A DNA stretch of 64,000 nt from Malacoraja senta (Eukaryota). How positions within the stretch are numbered: the first letter of the stretch is position 1; each line of letters begins with the position of its first letter. The translations under genes and the position numbers were made by a program. The notes under the pieces were generated by a model. That model did not search any database. It had not been told where the DNA came from and saw only the letters and a list, made by a program, of their open reading frames with translations. Shown one piece after another: positions 11,848-25,014 of this stretch. Location of the stretch: assembly GCA_038087875.1 (NCBI GenBank), contig CM075995.1:4776001-4840000 (forward strand). Reading direction: 5' to 3'.

Positions 11848-12390
11848 TTTAGAGCATTGTGTTCAGTTTTGGGCACCATGTCATAGGAAAGATGTTGTCA
11901 AGCTGGAAAGGGTGCAGGGAAGATTTACGAGGATGTTGCCAAGACACGAAGGCCTGAGCTATGATAGGGAGAGGTTGAGTGAGCTGGGATTCTATTCCTT
12001 GGAGCTCAGGAAGATGAGGGGTGATCTTATAGAGATATATAAAATGATGAGAGGAATAGATCGGGTAGATGCACAGCCTTTTGTCCAGAGTAGGGGAATC
12101 GAGAACCAGAGGACATCGGTTTAAGGTGAGGGGGGAAAGATCTAATAAGAATCTGAGGGGTAACTTTTTCACGCAAGGGATGGTAGGTGTATGGAACAGA
12201 GGAGGTAGTTGAGGGTGGTACCATCGCAACATTTAAGAAACATTTAGACAGATACATGCATTGGATAGGCATAGAAGGATATTGGCCAAAAACAGATAGG
12301 TGAGACCAGTGTAGATGGGACATGTTGGTCGTGTGGGAAGGTTGGGCCGAAGGGCCTGTTTCGATGCTGTAAGACCCTATGATTATGACC
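11848..12390 (+). mobile_element. CR1/HER1-type LINE 3' fragment
   Basis: QGRFTRMLP...LGFYSLELRKMRGDLIEIYKMMRGIDRV plus tail. Confidence 0.88.
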
Positions 12391-13950
12391 TTAGGTGCAG
12401 TTCAGAGTTATGTTGTTCTTACAACTGTGACAGAGTATTTTCAGTATTTTCCAGTTTTATTTGCCACAAGGGCCTCCCTGTTTTTGTTCCCCTTTTTAAA
12501 GATGTGATGTTCTCACACTCAGGTGAAATAAGTATAATCTTCTTACCTAACTTACAGATTTTGAGAAACACATTGTCGGGGAAGGAATGAATTAGATTCT
12601 TTTATCTTCACGCACAAAGCAATATGTTAATATTTTTCAATTGTGAGGCTAAAGGTGAATGTCCCATTGTGAGATCTCATTTATAATTAATCCTCGGTTT
12701 GGTTTGACAATCTCATCGTGCATCTTGCAAGCTTTACAAAGTTCAGATTTGGTTTTCCTCCAGAAATAGACCCCTTCCCTAATAAGAAGGCCAACTGTGA
12801 AAATGGCAATTGAAATTAGTTTTTTGTGTTCGAGAAAGTGACCATGTCTTGCAAATGCTGATGAAGTCTTGACAGACTCTGATTGATAAAGGGACACAAA
12901 GTGCTGGAGTAACTCAGCATCTCTGGAGAACTGGGGAGTCTGATTCATGTTCATTACCGTGAAATGAAGTCGATTTTATTGGAACGTAAACAGGTTTACA
13001 AAAAGACTTACTAGAACTTTGTCCAATTGGAGCAATGTAGAGAAATGGACTTACAATAAAGGCCAACATATTGTTTGAGAAGGGTTCTGATCCAAAATAT
13101 CACATCGATTGTAATCATGTATAGTCTTCTTTGACTGGATAGCACACAAACAAAAGCTTTTCACTGTACCATGGTGCATGTGACAATAAAAAACTAAACT
13201 AAACACCTATCCATGTTCTCCAGAGATGCTGCCTGACCCGCAGAGTTACTTAAGCACTTTGTGTCTTTTTTTGTAAACCAGCATCTGCAGTTCCTTGATT
13301 CTCCATATTGTTTTTCTTTCTAATTGTTTATTCTGCCTGCCTATTAACTTATAATGATTCACGGAAAGGACATATGAACATCAATACATTTCTATCTTTT
13401 ACCACTGGGAAAATACTCATAGTTTTATTTCCTTCCACTAAATTTACATATTTTATTCCAACCTGTGGCCCAATTTTCTATCATCAGCAAACTTGGATGG
13501 TGGGGTTAAGTATAACATTTCCAAATCATTGGGTTTGACCTTGGACAGCTGGAGTCCAACACTGATCCATGCAACAATCAGCTAGTCACACCCTCCCAAC
13601 CCACAAAAAGGGTATTTTAATCATTGCTTTCTGTCTACTTGATTGAAGCGGAAGCAATGAATTTGTTAGTTGGCCGAAAGGTATGAATTCAATGATATTT
13701 TATTGTCAAATGTACCTAAGTATAATGAAGATAGACACAAAATGCTGGAGTAACTCTGCGGGACAGGTAGCATTTCTAGAGAGAAGGAATGGGTGAGACC
13801 CTTCTTCAGTAAATTGAAATGCTTTGTTTTGCACACAGCCCGGTAAAATCATACAGTAGACTGTACCTCGGCAGTGCACAAGTGTCGCCACGTGTGTGAC
13901 GCCGACAAAGTGACAAAAGTTCACTGTCTTCTGTCCGCGTGTGCAAAGCC

Positions 13951-14275
13951 GGGGCGGCACGGTGGCGCAGCGGTAGAGTTGCTGCCTTACAGCCCTTACA
14001 GCTCCAGAGACCCAGTTCAATCCTGACTACCGGCTGCTGTCTGTGCGGAGTTTGTACGTTCTTCCCGTGATCGTGTGGATTTTCTCCGGGTGCTCCGGTT
14101 TCCTCCCACATTCCAAAGACGTATAGGTTGCAGGTTAATTGGCTTGGTACAAATGTAAATTGTACCTAGAGTGTGTAGGATAGTGTTATTGTGCAGGGAT
14201 CGCCGGTCGGTGTGGACTCGGTGGCCCGAAGTGCCTGTTTACGCCCTGTAAACGTAAAAACTAAAAACAAAACGA
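13951..14275 (+). mobile_element. tRNA-derived V-SINE (HE1-like)
   Basis: A box TGGCGCAGCGG, B-box-like GTTCAATCC, V-domain GGAGTTTGTACGTTCT...CTCCGGTTTCCTCCCACA and CR1-derived tail. Confidence 0.88.
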
Positions 14276-14647
14276 AAGGGGCGAACGGTTAAACAGATGG
14301 GTGAAGGGTAACCACTTGTGTAACCACTAGGCACTGTGGTGTGCTATGGTTTTCTAATTTCAATGTAATTAGTTCATTGTCTCAAATGCCAGTCCTTAGA
14401 TGGCAGACTGTCAGAACCTTTTTTCCCCAGGGTGGAAATTTAAAATGCTAGAGAGCATAGCGTTAAGGTGAGGGTCAAAGTTCAAAGGGGAGGTCTGGGA
14501 CAAAGCTTTTTACGCAAGAGTGGGGGGTGCCTTGAACGTATTGCCAGGGGTGGTGGTGGTGGAGGAAGAAATATTAGCGGCATTTAAGAGGCTTTTATGT
14601 AGGGAATGGAGGGGGGTGGATCATCCCATGGCAAATGAGAGTAGTTT

Positions 14648-15100
14648 ATGTAGGAAAGAACTGTAGATGCTGGTTTAAATCGAAGGTAGACACAAAATGC
14701 TGGGGTAACTCAGCGGGACAGGCAGCATCTCCGGAGAGAAGGAATGGGTGACGTTTCGGGTCGAGACAATTCTTCAGACTGATGTCAGGGGAGTGGGCGG
14801 TTCTGAGATAAAATGTAGGCGGAGACAGTAAGACTGGTGGGAGGATTGGGAAGGGGGATGGGATGGAGAGGGAGGGAAAGTAAGGGCTATATGAAGTGAG
14901 AGAAGTCAATGTTCATATATTGACTTCTCTCACTGGGGTGTAAACTGCCCAAGCGAAATATGAGGTGCTGTTCCCCCAATTTGCGCTGGGCCTCACTTTG
15001 ACAATGGAGGAGGCCCAGGACGGAAAGGTCAGTGTGGGAATGGGAGGGGGAGTTAAAGTGTTAAGCAACCGAGAGATCAGTAGGTTTAGGCGGACTGAGC
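14648..15100 (-). mobile_element. Penelope-like 3' fragment
   Basis: Reverse-complement homologue of 6090-6472; very similar to 23380-23785. Confidence 0.85.
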
Positions 15101-15497
15101 GGCCTTCTGTTCGGCACAGACATGTTGGGCCAAAAAGCCTGTTTCCTCTGTGCTGTACTTTTCTATGTGCTATGTGCTATAGCAGTTGTATCTAAGGCAG
15201 AATTTCAACAGATATTTGGTGGGAAAATTTGGAAGGGTAATAGGTGTAAATGTTACATTGCAACAGCGGCATGAATTTGTTCAGAGAAAATGTGTTATTG
15301 AAGGAAGCAAATCTTGCAACATACTGATGGAAATGAGATCATTTTGTTTGATAAGTGGCAAGGAAATTTTGCTGGGGAACTTGATGTAGATTGGCGTTCT
15401 ACTCACAGATTAAATGCCAACACTGTAGGAAATATTTTCAGCTTTTGTGTTATCTTATGCACTGAAGTCCTTTTACATTTTTGCGCTGATTCTCTAG

Positions 15498-15524
15498 ACG
15501 GTGCTTGATTCTGTACCATTGCCG
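15498..15524 (+). CDS. Candidate 27-nt microexon (TVLDSVPLP in phase 0)
   Basis: CCTTTTACATTTTTGCGCTGATTCTCTAG|ACGGTGCTTGATTCTGTACCATTGCCG|GTGAGT: pyrimidine tract, TGC at -16, consensus donor, 9 codons, unique sequence. Confidence 0.5.
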
Positions 15525-15606
15525 GTGAGTTTTATTTATCGGGGTGGTTGGAGGTCTGTGGGGGAAACATCGGATTTTTAAAAATCAGTAAGGCACAGAA
15601 GGATGT

Positions 15607-16113
15607 CATAGAGTGATATAGTGTGGAAACAGGCCCCTCGGCCCAACATGTCCCAGCTACACTAGTCCCACCTGCACTTGTTTGGGCCTTATCCCTCCAC
15701 ACCTGTGCCTGTCTAACTGTTTCTTAAACGTTGGGATAATCCCTGCCTTAACTACCTCCTCTGGCAGCTTGTTCCATACACCCACCACCCTTTGTGTGAA
15801 AAAGTTACCACTCTGATTCCTATTAAATCTTTTCCCCTTCACCATAAACCTATTTCCTCTGGTCCTCGATTCACCTTCTCTGGGCAAGAGACTCTTTGCA
15901 TCTACCCGATCTATTCCTCTCATGATTTTATACACCTCTATAAGATCATCCCCTCATCCTCCTGCGCTCCAAGGAAAAGAGTTCCAGCCTATTCAACCTC
16001 TGCCTCTAGCCCAGACCCTCTAGTCCTGGCAACATCCTTATAAATCTTCTCTGTACCCTTTCCATCTTGGCAATATCTTTCCTATAACACGATGCCCAGA
16101 ACTGAACACAATA
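15607..16113 (-). mobile_element. CR1/HER1-type LINE 3' fragment
   Basis: ORF 15657-15935 YKIMRGIDRVDA...FFTQRVVGVWNKLPEEVV. Confidence 0.88.
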
Positions 16114-16953
16114 TTGTCATTGGACTCATAACAGCTGTGCCAGTTCTTTGCTCTCTCGCATAACCTTGTCATCCCCATTCACCATAGCATTACGAGTTAT
16201 TTTTCCCGCATGTGCTTATCCAATTTCCTTCCAGTTTGATCCTTTCTTCAATATCAGTTTTGGTTTATATTTATCACCTACATTGAGATACAGTGAAAAG
16301 TTTTGTTTTGCGTGCTATCCAGGCAGATCATACCTTACATGAGTACTTTAGGTAGTGATAATGAGAAAATAAATCCTGAGCAGAATATAGTGTTACATTT
16401 ACAGTGAAAGTGTAGATTAAAGATAAAAGTGCAAGGGCAGCAACAAGGTAGATTGGAAGATTGTGAATTCATCCCATCACATGAGAGGTCCATACAAGAA
16501 TCTTTCAAGCTTTTGTATCTTCTGCCTGAATGGAGAATGAAGAAGTGAGAATGACCCGGGTGTGAGTAGCCCTTGCATGGTGTAGATTGTGGGGTGGGGG
16601 GGGGGGGGGTGTTGGAGGTAGGGGGAAGCTGGTTTGTTTGATGGATCGGGCTATGTTTACAACTCTCTGCCATCTCTTGTGGCCATGGGCAAAGCTGATG
16701 TAGAAATCTGATGTAGGCAGCTTGTTATCCAAATGTTCCAGGGATGAGTGTGGGAGGTGGCCCCTGCCGTGGACCTGTTCTGTAGTAGGTGAATTGCTCT
16801 GGATCTAGGCTATCTAGGAGGTTGAGGTGCACCATGACCAGCCTCTCATAGGACTTCATGATGGTGGGTGTTAGAGCTGTGGGCGGTAGTCATTCATGCA
16901 CATTATCTTGTTTTTCATAGATTTGAAGACAGTGGAAGCTTTATACTCTAGAT

Positions 16954-17096
16954 CAAGGGTTCCCAACCTGGGGTAAATTTAGGGTAAATTTCACCTACCC
17001 AAGGGGTAAATTTGTTGATTCTGGATTTGTAGATATTTTTTCTCATTGACTGACTGTGTAGGGGTAAACGGGACGAAAAAGGTTGGGGAACCCCTG
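16954..17096. mobile_element. hAT (Charlie-like) MITE, 143 bp
   Basis: TIRs CAAGGGTTCCCAACCT / AGGTTGGGGAACCCCTG; flanks CTCTAGAT and ATCTAGGT match at 6 of 8 positions and resemble the NTCTAGAN target; internal GGGGTAAA repeats. Confidence 0.8.
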
Positions 17097-18479
17097 ATCT
17101 AGGTGATCCCAAGCCATCGATTGAGGTAGTCCATGAACAATAATGATGGCTTTTTATTTCTTATGTTAGTTCTTATGTTTCGCAAGCTTCAGAATTCCAT
17201 AATATGGGTGAAATCTCCTCCCATGCAGCACACATCTGCAATTTATTTTAATTATAAGGAACACCGATTAATCCACGAGATCTCCATTTAATACTCAAAT
17301 GGAAATAGCATGCAGTACGTGTGGAGTCACCAGGAATTTAAAAAAAATCAAGAACTCCAAGACACGAGGGAAATTTAGAACCCTTGACTCTTAACTTTGC
17401 AAAGAATTCTATGCAAGCCAAAACATGAATCAGGTACAATGGTACAACACTCTGCAGACAGTGCGATTTGCAACTTCTCTGGTCAATAAAAGATTATTTA
17501 TGTGTATTCATGTAAAGCTTGGTACACGCGACAATAAACTAAACTGAACCGATTCTGCAGGTACCATCACAAAGTTTAGGAACCATTTAGACAGGTACAT
17601 GGCTAGGATAGGTTTTGAGGGATATGGGCCAAACGCAGGCAGGTGGGACTAGTGTAGATGGGGCATGCTGTCGATATGGGCAAGTTGGGCCGATGCGCCT
17701 GTTTGCATGCTATATCACTCTATAAGCCACGTCATTAGGTCATAAGTGATAGTAGAATGAGGCCATTCGGCCCATCGTCTATTCTGCCATTCAATCATGG
17801 TTGATCTATCTTTCCCTCCCAACCTCATTCTCCTGCCTTCTCCCCATAACCTGTACTAATCAAGAATCTATTTCTTTGCCTTAAAAATATCCACTGACTT
17901 GGCCTCCACAGCCTTCCGTGGCAAAGAATTACACAGAATTACACAGATAAATAAATTTCTCCTCATCTCCTTCCTAAAAGAACATCCTTTAATTCTGAGG
18001 CCATGACTTCTAGTCCTAGACTCTCCCACTCGTGGAAACATCTTCTTCACATCCACATTATTGTAGCTGGAGGTATGTTGTTTGTGTTGTGCAGTGCCGT
18101 ATCCCTTCACAAAGTGACTGCAAAGACCATGTCGGCATTGGTGGGGACACATCAATAGGAATTGCTGGGAAACCTAGCTACGGTGTTAAATGAACCTCTG
18201 ATTAAAGTTCTCATTTTACATCCGTCTTTTGTGGACAGCATTAGGTTGATGCACCACGCTGCTTTCAATGCCTAAGGAATGCTATAGAGCAGCTTATAGA
18301 CTGTGTGAAGTTGTTCACCCTTGACACTTGAATCCTTTTCTTGGTATGCTGATATTTTGACATAGGTCGAGCTGCAATTAAAATGCTTTGATATTGTGAG
18401 GTGAGGGGAGGGAAAGGTAATTATTTTCTGATTATTAGCCAGACACCTCAGTTGGATTGTATTGAAGCGAGCAAGGCAA

Positions 18480-19120
18480 ATTCAATGCTAGCGTTTATAT
18501 CAAGATGACTGGAATACAAAAGCAGAGAATGTAATACTGAGGCTCTACAAGGTGCTGGTCAGGCTGCATTTGGAGTCGTGTGAGCAAATTTGTGCCTCGT
18601 ATCTGAGGAAGGATGTGCTGGCTCTGGAGAGGGTCCAGAGGAGGTTTACAAGAATGATTCCAGGATTGAGTGGGTTAGCATAAGATGAGCGTTTGACTGC
18701 ACTGGGTCTCTACTCGCTGGAGTTTGGAAGGTTGAGGGGGGATCTCATTGAAACTTACAGAATAATGAAAGACATAGATAGAGCGGATGTGGAAAGGATG
18801 TTTCCACTGGTGGGAGAGTCTAGGACCAGAGGTCATAGCCTCAGAATTAAAGGGCGCTCTTTTAGAAAGGAGGTGAGGACGAACTTCTTTAGTCAGAGGG
18901 TAGTTAATCTGTGGAACTCATTGCCACAGAGGGCTGTGGAGGCCAAGTCAGTGGATATTTTTTAAGGCAGAGATAGACAAATTCTTGATTAGAATGGGTC
19001 TCAAGGGTTATAGGGGAGAAGGCAGGAAAATGGGATTAGGAGGCAGATATCAGCCACGATTGAATGGCATAGACCATAGGCCGAATGGCCTCATTCTACT
19101 CCTGTAACTTGTGAACTTGT
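18480..19120 (+). mobile_element. CR1 LINE 3' fragment
   Basis: LGLYSLEFGRLRGDLIETYRIMK...FFSQRVVNLWNSLPQ; (CTTGTGAA)n tail. Confidence 0.9.
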
Positions 19121-19227
19121 GAGTAGACTGATAATGTGTTTTGAGATTGTGTAGTATATTGATATCCTTTTTCTGTTGCTGTGATAAGTGCTGGAACTTC
19201 TTACCTGTCATCGGTGTCCTTAATACA

Positions 19228-19520
19228 GTTTAGTTTATAGATACAGCGCGCGGAAACAGGCCCACCTGAGTCCGCGTCGACCAGCGATCCTCGTACATTA
19301 ACACTATCCTACACACACTGGGGACAGTTTACAATTATACCAAGCCAAGTAGTCTACAAACCTATACGTCTTTGTAGTGTGGGAGGAAACTGGAGCATCC
19401 GGGAAAAAAGCCACGCAGGTCACGGGGAGAACGTACAGACAAGCACCTGTAGTCAGGATCGAACACGGGTCTCTGGCGCTGTAAAGCAGCAACTTTACTG
19501 CTGCGCCACCATGCCGCCCT
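19228..19520 (-). mobile_element. V-SINE (HE1-like)
   Basis: Reverse complement of the SINE family at 13951. Confidence 0.85.
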
Positions 19521-21818
19521 CCCCTCCCCATTGACTGCAGTAGTTTTTTGAGGGAGCTCATCTCTGCAATCCTGAAGGGCGGGCAATAACGCTAATCTTG
19601 CCAGCGGCTACCATGTGTTTACAGCTACCCATATATTAAAAATTAATTGCAGCTGCACAGTTTGCAACATCCAGTGCAGGTAGAAAACAAATGGGAGCCG
19701 TAAGGTGGAGACACTAGAAAGTGTCGATACATGAATCTTGAAAGTGCTGGAGTAACTCAGCGAGTCAGGCAGCATCTGTGGAGGGAATGGATAGGTGACG
19801 TTTCAGCTCAGGACCCTTCTTCAAGTCCCTGGTCAGAACATGGCTGAAGGGCAGGATGGTAGCAGGAATCACAGAGGGGGAGCCCTGAGAGATGAAAACC
19901 GTTGCCCTGAGGAAATGTAAGGGTTTATCTCTCTATTAAGGAGTCTGTTGAAGATGAGGAATTTCTTTAGCCAGAAGGTGGTGAATTTGCGGAATTCTTT
20001 GCCACAGATGGCTGTGGAGGCCAAGACATTGGGTATTTTTAAAGCGGAGATTGATAAGGTCTCGATTCGGAAGGGTTTCAAAGGTTATGGGCAGAAGCCA
20101 GGAGAATGGGGTTGAGTGGGAAAAATAGATCAACCATGATTGAATGGCGGAGTAGAGTCGATGGGCTGAATGGCCTAATTCTGCTCCAATGTTTTATGGT
20201 CTTATGTTGCAAGGATTCGCTTTCCGTATTTATTTTCCACCTCATTTCATTTTTCCATGTCTCCTGCTTTGTTAATCAATAAACCTTGCATGCAAGGATG
20301 ATGGTATTTCCTTCCAGTCGCTGTTCACTTGCCTGAAGTAACGTTGTGCAGCATATGCAAATGCAAATGTAGACTTTTGGAGCCCTCAATTATCATTCAC
20401 ATTGTGTTAGAAGGTATTAAAAATAACTCTTCACCCACACCAATCTGTTTTCCAACAGAAGGTTATGTACGTGGGAGGAATTCCAATTTGCCAACTGGGC
20501 GTGCTTAAAGAGTCTAATAATTCTTTTGCTGATGTTGCGAGCAAGTGCTGCCAGAACTTCCTCTTTGTAAGACTTCTCTCTTCCTTTGTGGGATGGGTTT
20601 AAAATCAGTCGTGTAAATATTCACTGTTGATGCCTTGCCTATGAAAATGGTTCTGATCAGGAACTGCAGATGCTGGTTTAAACCGAAGATAGACACAAAA
20701 AGCTGGAGCCATCTGAAGAAGGGTCTCGACCCGAAACCTCACCCATTCCTTCTCTCCAGAGATGCTGGTCCCGCTGAGTAACTCCAGCTTTTTGTGTCTA
20801 TCTTAGCTTATTGTCTCGTATACCAGGGTGTAATGAAATTCATTGTTTGCATGAAGCTCATAGTACATTGTGTCCATGTTAATGATACAATACAACATTG
20901 ATTGCAAAATGGACGGCAGAATAGGGCAAAGATTATAAATGCAATCGGAGGTTGTGCAAAACAAAATACTGATGTGCAATAACAGAATAATCGAGTTAGG
21001 TAGAGTTAAGACTAAGAATACGTGGCAGAACCTCTGGGGAAAGGGGATGAGAAAGACATGATTATGAATCTGATAACAGTCGAGAAGAAGCTGTTCTTAA
21101 GTCTGGGTGTCTGAGTTTTCAAGCTTCTGATTCTTCTCCCAGATGATTTTGTTTAGTTTAGAGATACAGCATGGGAAACAGGCCCTTCGGCCCACCGAGT
21201 CCACGCTGACCATTGATCACCCAGTCACACTGATTTTATGCTACCCCACCACCAACACACCAGGTGCAATTTTACGGGCCATTTAACCTACAAACCCACG
21301 CGTCTTTGGGATGTGGGATTAAACCGGAACACCTGGAGGAAAACCCTGACCCAGAGCAGTTTATTGTCTCATACACCAGGGAGTAATGAAATTCATTGTT
21401 TGCAAGAAGTTCAGAGTACACTGTGTGCATGTTAATGATACATACAATAATAAATGCAACATTGAATGCAAAACAGCAGAAGATTACAGTGCAATCCGAG
21501 ACAAAATACTGAAGTGTAATAACAGAAGAATTGAGTTGGGTAGAGTCTAGTTTAGTTTATTATCACATGCACTGAGGTACAATGAAAAGGTTTTTTTGTG
21601 TGCTAACCAGTCAGCAGAAAGACTATACACGATTACAATCGAGCCATCCACAATGTACAGATGCATGATAAAGGGAATAACATGAATAACGTTTAGTGCA
21701 GAATAAAGCCAGCAACGTCCGATCAAAGGGTCACCAATGAGGTAGATAGTAGCTCAGGACTGCTCTCTAGTTGTGGTAGGATGGTTCAGTTGCCAGATAA
21801 CAGCTGGGAAGAAATTAA

Positions 21819-22241
21819 TGGGCCTGTCCCACTAAGGCTATTTTTAGGCGACTGCCGCGACTGTCATAGTCGTAGCAGGTCGAAGAAAAAACGGTGACTG
21901 GACCCCCCTTCAACATAAAATTTGAAATAGAATCATTACTATATCAACAACAAAAAAACAGTCAGCACCGGCGACAACCTACGCTAACCTGGCAACAACT
22001 ACGACAGCACCTACGTCAGGAGAAGTCAACCTACGCTCATTGGTGTCAAACCCACTGTCGCCGACTGTCTCTGAAAAATTTTCAACATCTTGAAAATCCA
22101 GCAGCGACCAGGAAGACGCTACGACTCTTTGGGCGACTGAGGAGACTACTCATGACCATACAGGTGACACCCCGGCGACCATGTGGCGACAGCCTAGTCA
22201 CCTGTAGTCGCCTAAAAAATAGCCTAAGTGGGACAGGCCCA
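21819..22241. mobile_element. PIF/Harbinger-type MITE A (~420 bp)
   Basis: TIRs TGGGCCTGTCCCACTAAGGCTATTTTTAGGCGACT / AGTCGCCTAAAAAATAGCCTAAGTGGGACAGGCCCA; TAA on the left flank; non-coding CpG-rich interior with GCGAC repeats. Confidence 0.85.
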
Positions 22242-22399
22242 CCTCTGAATCTGAAGTAAGAGTAAGTGTACTTGGCAGCACCTCTGGGAAAAGGAATGTG
22301 AAAGAACTGATTAGGAATCTGACAGTAGTGGGGAAGAAGCTGTTAATTCAGGATGTCTGAGTTTTCAAACCTCTGAACCTTCTCCCTGAAGATCTTTTT

Positions 22400-22710
22400 T
22401 AGTTTAGAGATACAGCATGGAAACAGGCCCTTCAGCCCACTAAGTCCGCGCCAACCATCGATTGCCCATTCATGCTAGTTCTACGTTAACCCGCCTTCGC
22501 GTCCACTGAATACACACTAGAGGCAATTTACAGAGGGCCAATTAACCTACAGACCTGCACGTCTTTGGGATGAGGGTGGAAACTGGAGCACCCGAAGGAA
22601 ACCGATGCGGCCACAGGGAGAACGTGCAAACTCCACACAGACAGCACCCGAAGTCAGAATCAAACTAGGGATCTCTGATGCTGAGGCCTACTGCCACACT
22701 GTTGCTGCCA
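22400..22710 (-). mobile_element. V-SINE (HE1-like), older copy
   Basis: TTAGTTTAGAGATACAGCATGGAAACAGGCCC tail and GGAGAACGTGCAAACTCCACACAGACAGC V-domain, reverse orientation. Confidence 0.8.
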
Positions 22711-23029
22711 AAGTGGTGCAGGTGGTTCGAGGTAGAGGAGAGGCCATGCAAGGTAGAAGAGCAAAAAGGGAATGACCAGGATGGCAGTCATCCTTGACGA
22801 TACATAGAATCATAGAGTGATACTGTGTGGAAACAGGCTCTTCGGATCAAATTGCCCACACCAGCCAACATGTCCCAGTTACACTAGTCCCACCTGCCTG
22901 CACTTGGTCCATATCCCTCCAAACCTGTCCTATCCATGTACCTGTCAAACTGTTTCTTAAATGTTGGGATAGTCCCAGCCTCAGCTACCTACTCTGGCAG
23001 CTTGTTCCATACACCCACCACGCCATATG

Positions 23030-23378
23030 CTTTCCATGTTGCTGTATACACTTTCAAAATGTACAGGTGTATGGTGGAGAGTATATTGACTGGTTGCTTC
23101 GTGGCTTGGTTCTTGAATTAAAACGCTCGATAACGAAGGAGGCTGCAGAAAGGGGTGGACATTGTTGAATCCATCAATGGTATTGATCTCCCCACCATCG
23201 AATGGATCTACTGGATGCGCTGCTGGAAGAAGGCAGATAATGTCATCAAAGACACACATTACCCTGGCCGTGCTCCTTCCCAGCTGCAAACATCAGGATT
23301 TAGGAACAGGAGCCTGAGAACCATTATCTCCAGGTGCAACAGCCACCACTTCCCATTAACAATCAAGTTCTTGAACCA
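23030..23378 (+). mobile_element. Old Rex/Babar- or L2-like LINE fragment (post-RT C-terminal region)
   Basis: YRCMVESILTGCFVAWF and IY..RC.KKA..VIKDTHYPG motifs. Confidence 0.65.
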
Positions 23379-23379
23379 T

Positions 23380-23785
23380 GTGTAGGAAAGAACTGCAGAT
23401 GCTGGTTTAAATCGAAGGTAGACACAAAATGCTGGAGTAACTCAGTGGGACAGGCAGCACCTCTGGAGAGAAGGAATGGGCGACGTTTTGGGTCGAGACA
23501 ATTCTTCAGACTGATGTCAGGGGAGTGGGCGGTACAGAGATAGAATGTAGTGGGAGACAGTAAGACTGGTCGGAGAACTGGGAAGGGGGAGGGGATGGAG
23601 AGAGAGGGAAAGCAAGGGCTACTTGAAGTTAGAGAAGTCAATGTTCATACCGCTGGGGTGTAAGCTACCCAAGCGAAATATGAGGTGCTGTTCCCCCAAT
23701 TTGCACTGGGCCTCAGTCTGACAATGGAGGAGGCTCAGGACAGAAAGGTCAGTGTGGGAATGGGAGAGGGAGTTAAAGTGTTGAG
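23380..23785 (-). mobile_element. Penelope-like 3' fragment
   Basis: Terminal repeat plus endonuclease C-terminus on the minus strand. Confidence 0.85.
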
Positions 23786-23804
23786 GTTTCTTTTCCTTCT
23801 TAGT

Positions 23805-24212
23805 TTAGAAAGATGAGGGGGATCTTATAGAAACATATAAAATTATAAAAGGACTGGACAAGCTAGATGCAGGAAAAATGTTCCTAATGTTGGGTGAGTC
23901 CAGAACCAGGGGCCATAGTCTTAGAATAAAGGGGAGGCCATTTAAGACTGAGGTGAGAAAAAACTTTTTCACCCAGAGAGTTGTGAATTTGTGGAATTCC
24001 CTGCCACAGAGGGCAGTGGAGGCCAAATCACTGGATGGATTTAAGAGAGAGTTAGATAGAGCTCTAGGGGCTAGTGGACTCAAGGGATATGGGGAGAAGG
24101 CAGGCACGGGTTATTGATTGGAAACGATCAGCCATGATCACAATGAATGGCGGTGCTGGCTCGAAGGGCCGATTGGCCTCCACCTATTTTCTATGTTTCT
24201 ATGTCTATGTTT
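23805..24212 (+). mobile_element. CR1 LINE 3' end
   Basis: RMRGDLIETYKII...FFTQRVVNLWNSLPQRAVEA...GYGEKAGTGY; TTTCTATG tail. Confidence 0.9.
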
Positions 24213-25014
24213 CTCTCCAGAGATGCTACCTGTCCCGCTGAGTTACTCCAGCATTTTGTGTCTGTAAGCTCTTGAACCACCGCACCAAACCACGACGGAC
24301 TTTGCACTACTATGCTTGCTCTGTGTACTTATATGTAATGCTCCATGTACTCGGCCCACCGAGCCCGCACCGACCATCAATCAGCAATTGGACAATTTTT
24401 TGTTACAACTTACCGAATCCATTTAACCTACAAATCTGTACGTCTTGGGAGTGCGGTTGGAAACGGGAGCACCCGGAGAAAACCCACGCGGTCACTGGGA
24501 GAACATACAAACTCCGTATAGAAACCACCCGTAGACAAGATCGAACCCCGGGTCTCCAGCGCTGTAAGGCAGCAACTCTATCGTTAAGCCACTGTGCCGC
24601 TTGTAATAGAGGAAACAGGCCCTTCGACCCAACTTGTCCACGCCGACCAACATGCTCCATCGACACTAGTCCCACCTGCCTACGTTTGGCCCATATCCCT
24701 CTGAATGTATCCTATCCAAGTACCTGTCCAAATATTTTTTAAACGTTGAGATGGTACCAGCCTCAACCACCTCCTCCGGCAGCTTGTTCCATGCACCTAC
24801 CACTCTTTGTGTTAAAAAAAGTCCTTCAGGTTCCTATTAAATCTTTTCCACCTCACCTTAAAGTACTTGGGTTTCTGTACCTTGGTCAGCAGGTGCAGGG
24901 GTACTTTTCACATACAGTTGAATAAGGAAACAGTATTATGGTCTGATGAAGGATCTCGACCCAAAACGTCACCCATTTCATCTCTCCAGAGATGCTGCCT
25001 GTTCCGCTGAGTAA

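Noticed and set aside
13951..14030. tRNA gene
   Set aside because: A and B boxes run directly into a SINE body and tail; no complete cloverleaf. The same applies to the other SINE heads.
20459..20566. Possible 108-nt exon (CAACAG acceptor, TTT|GTAAGA donor)
   Set aside because: Weak donor context and no recognisable peptide in the two open frames; insufficient support.
21894..22259. 121-aa ORF inside MITE A
   Set aside because: No transposase motifs, non-ATG start, and it runs through the TIR; a chance ORF.
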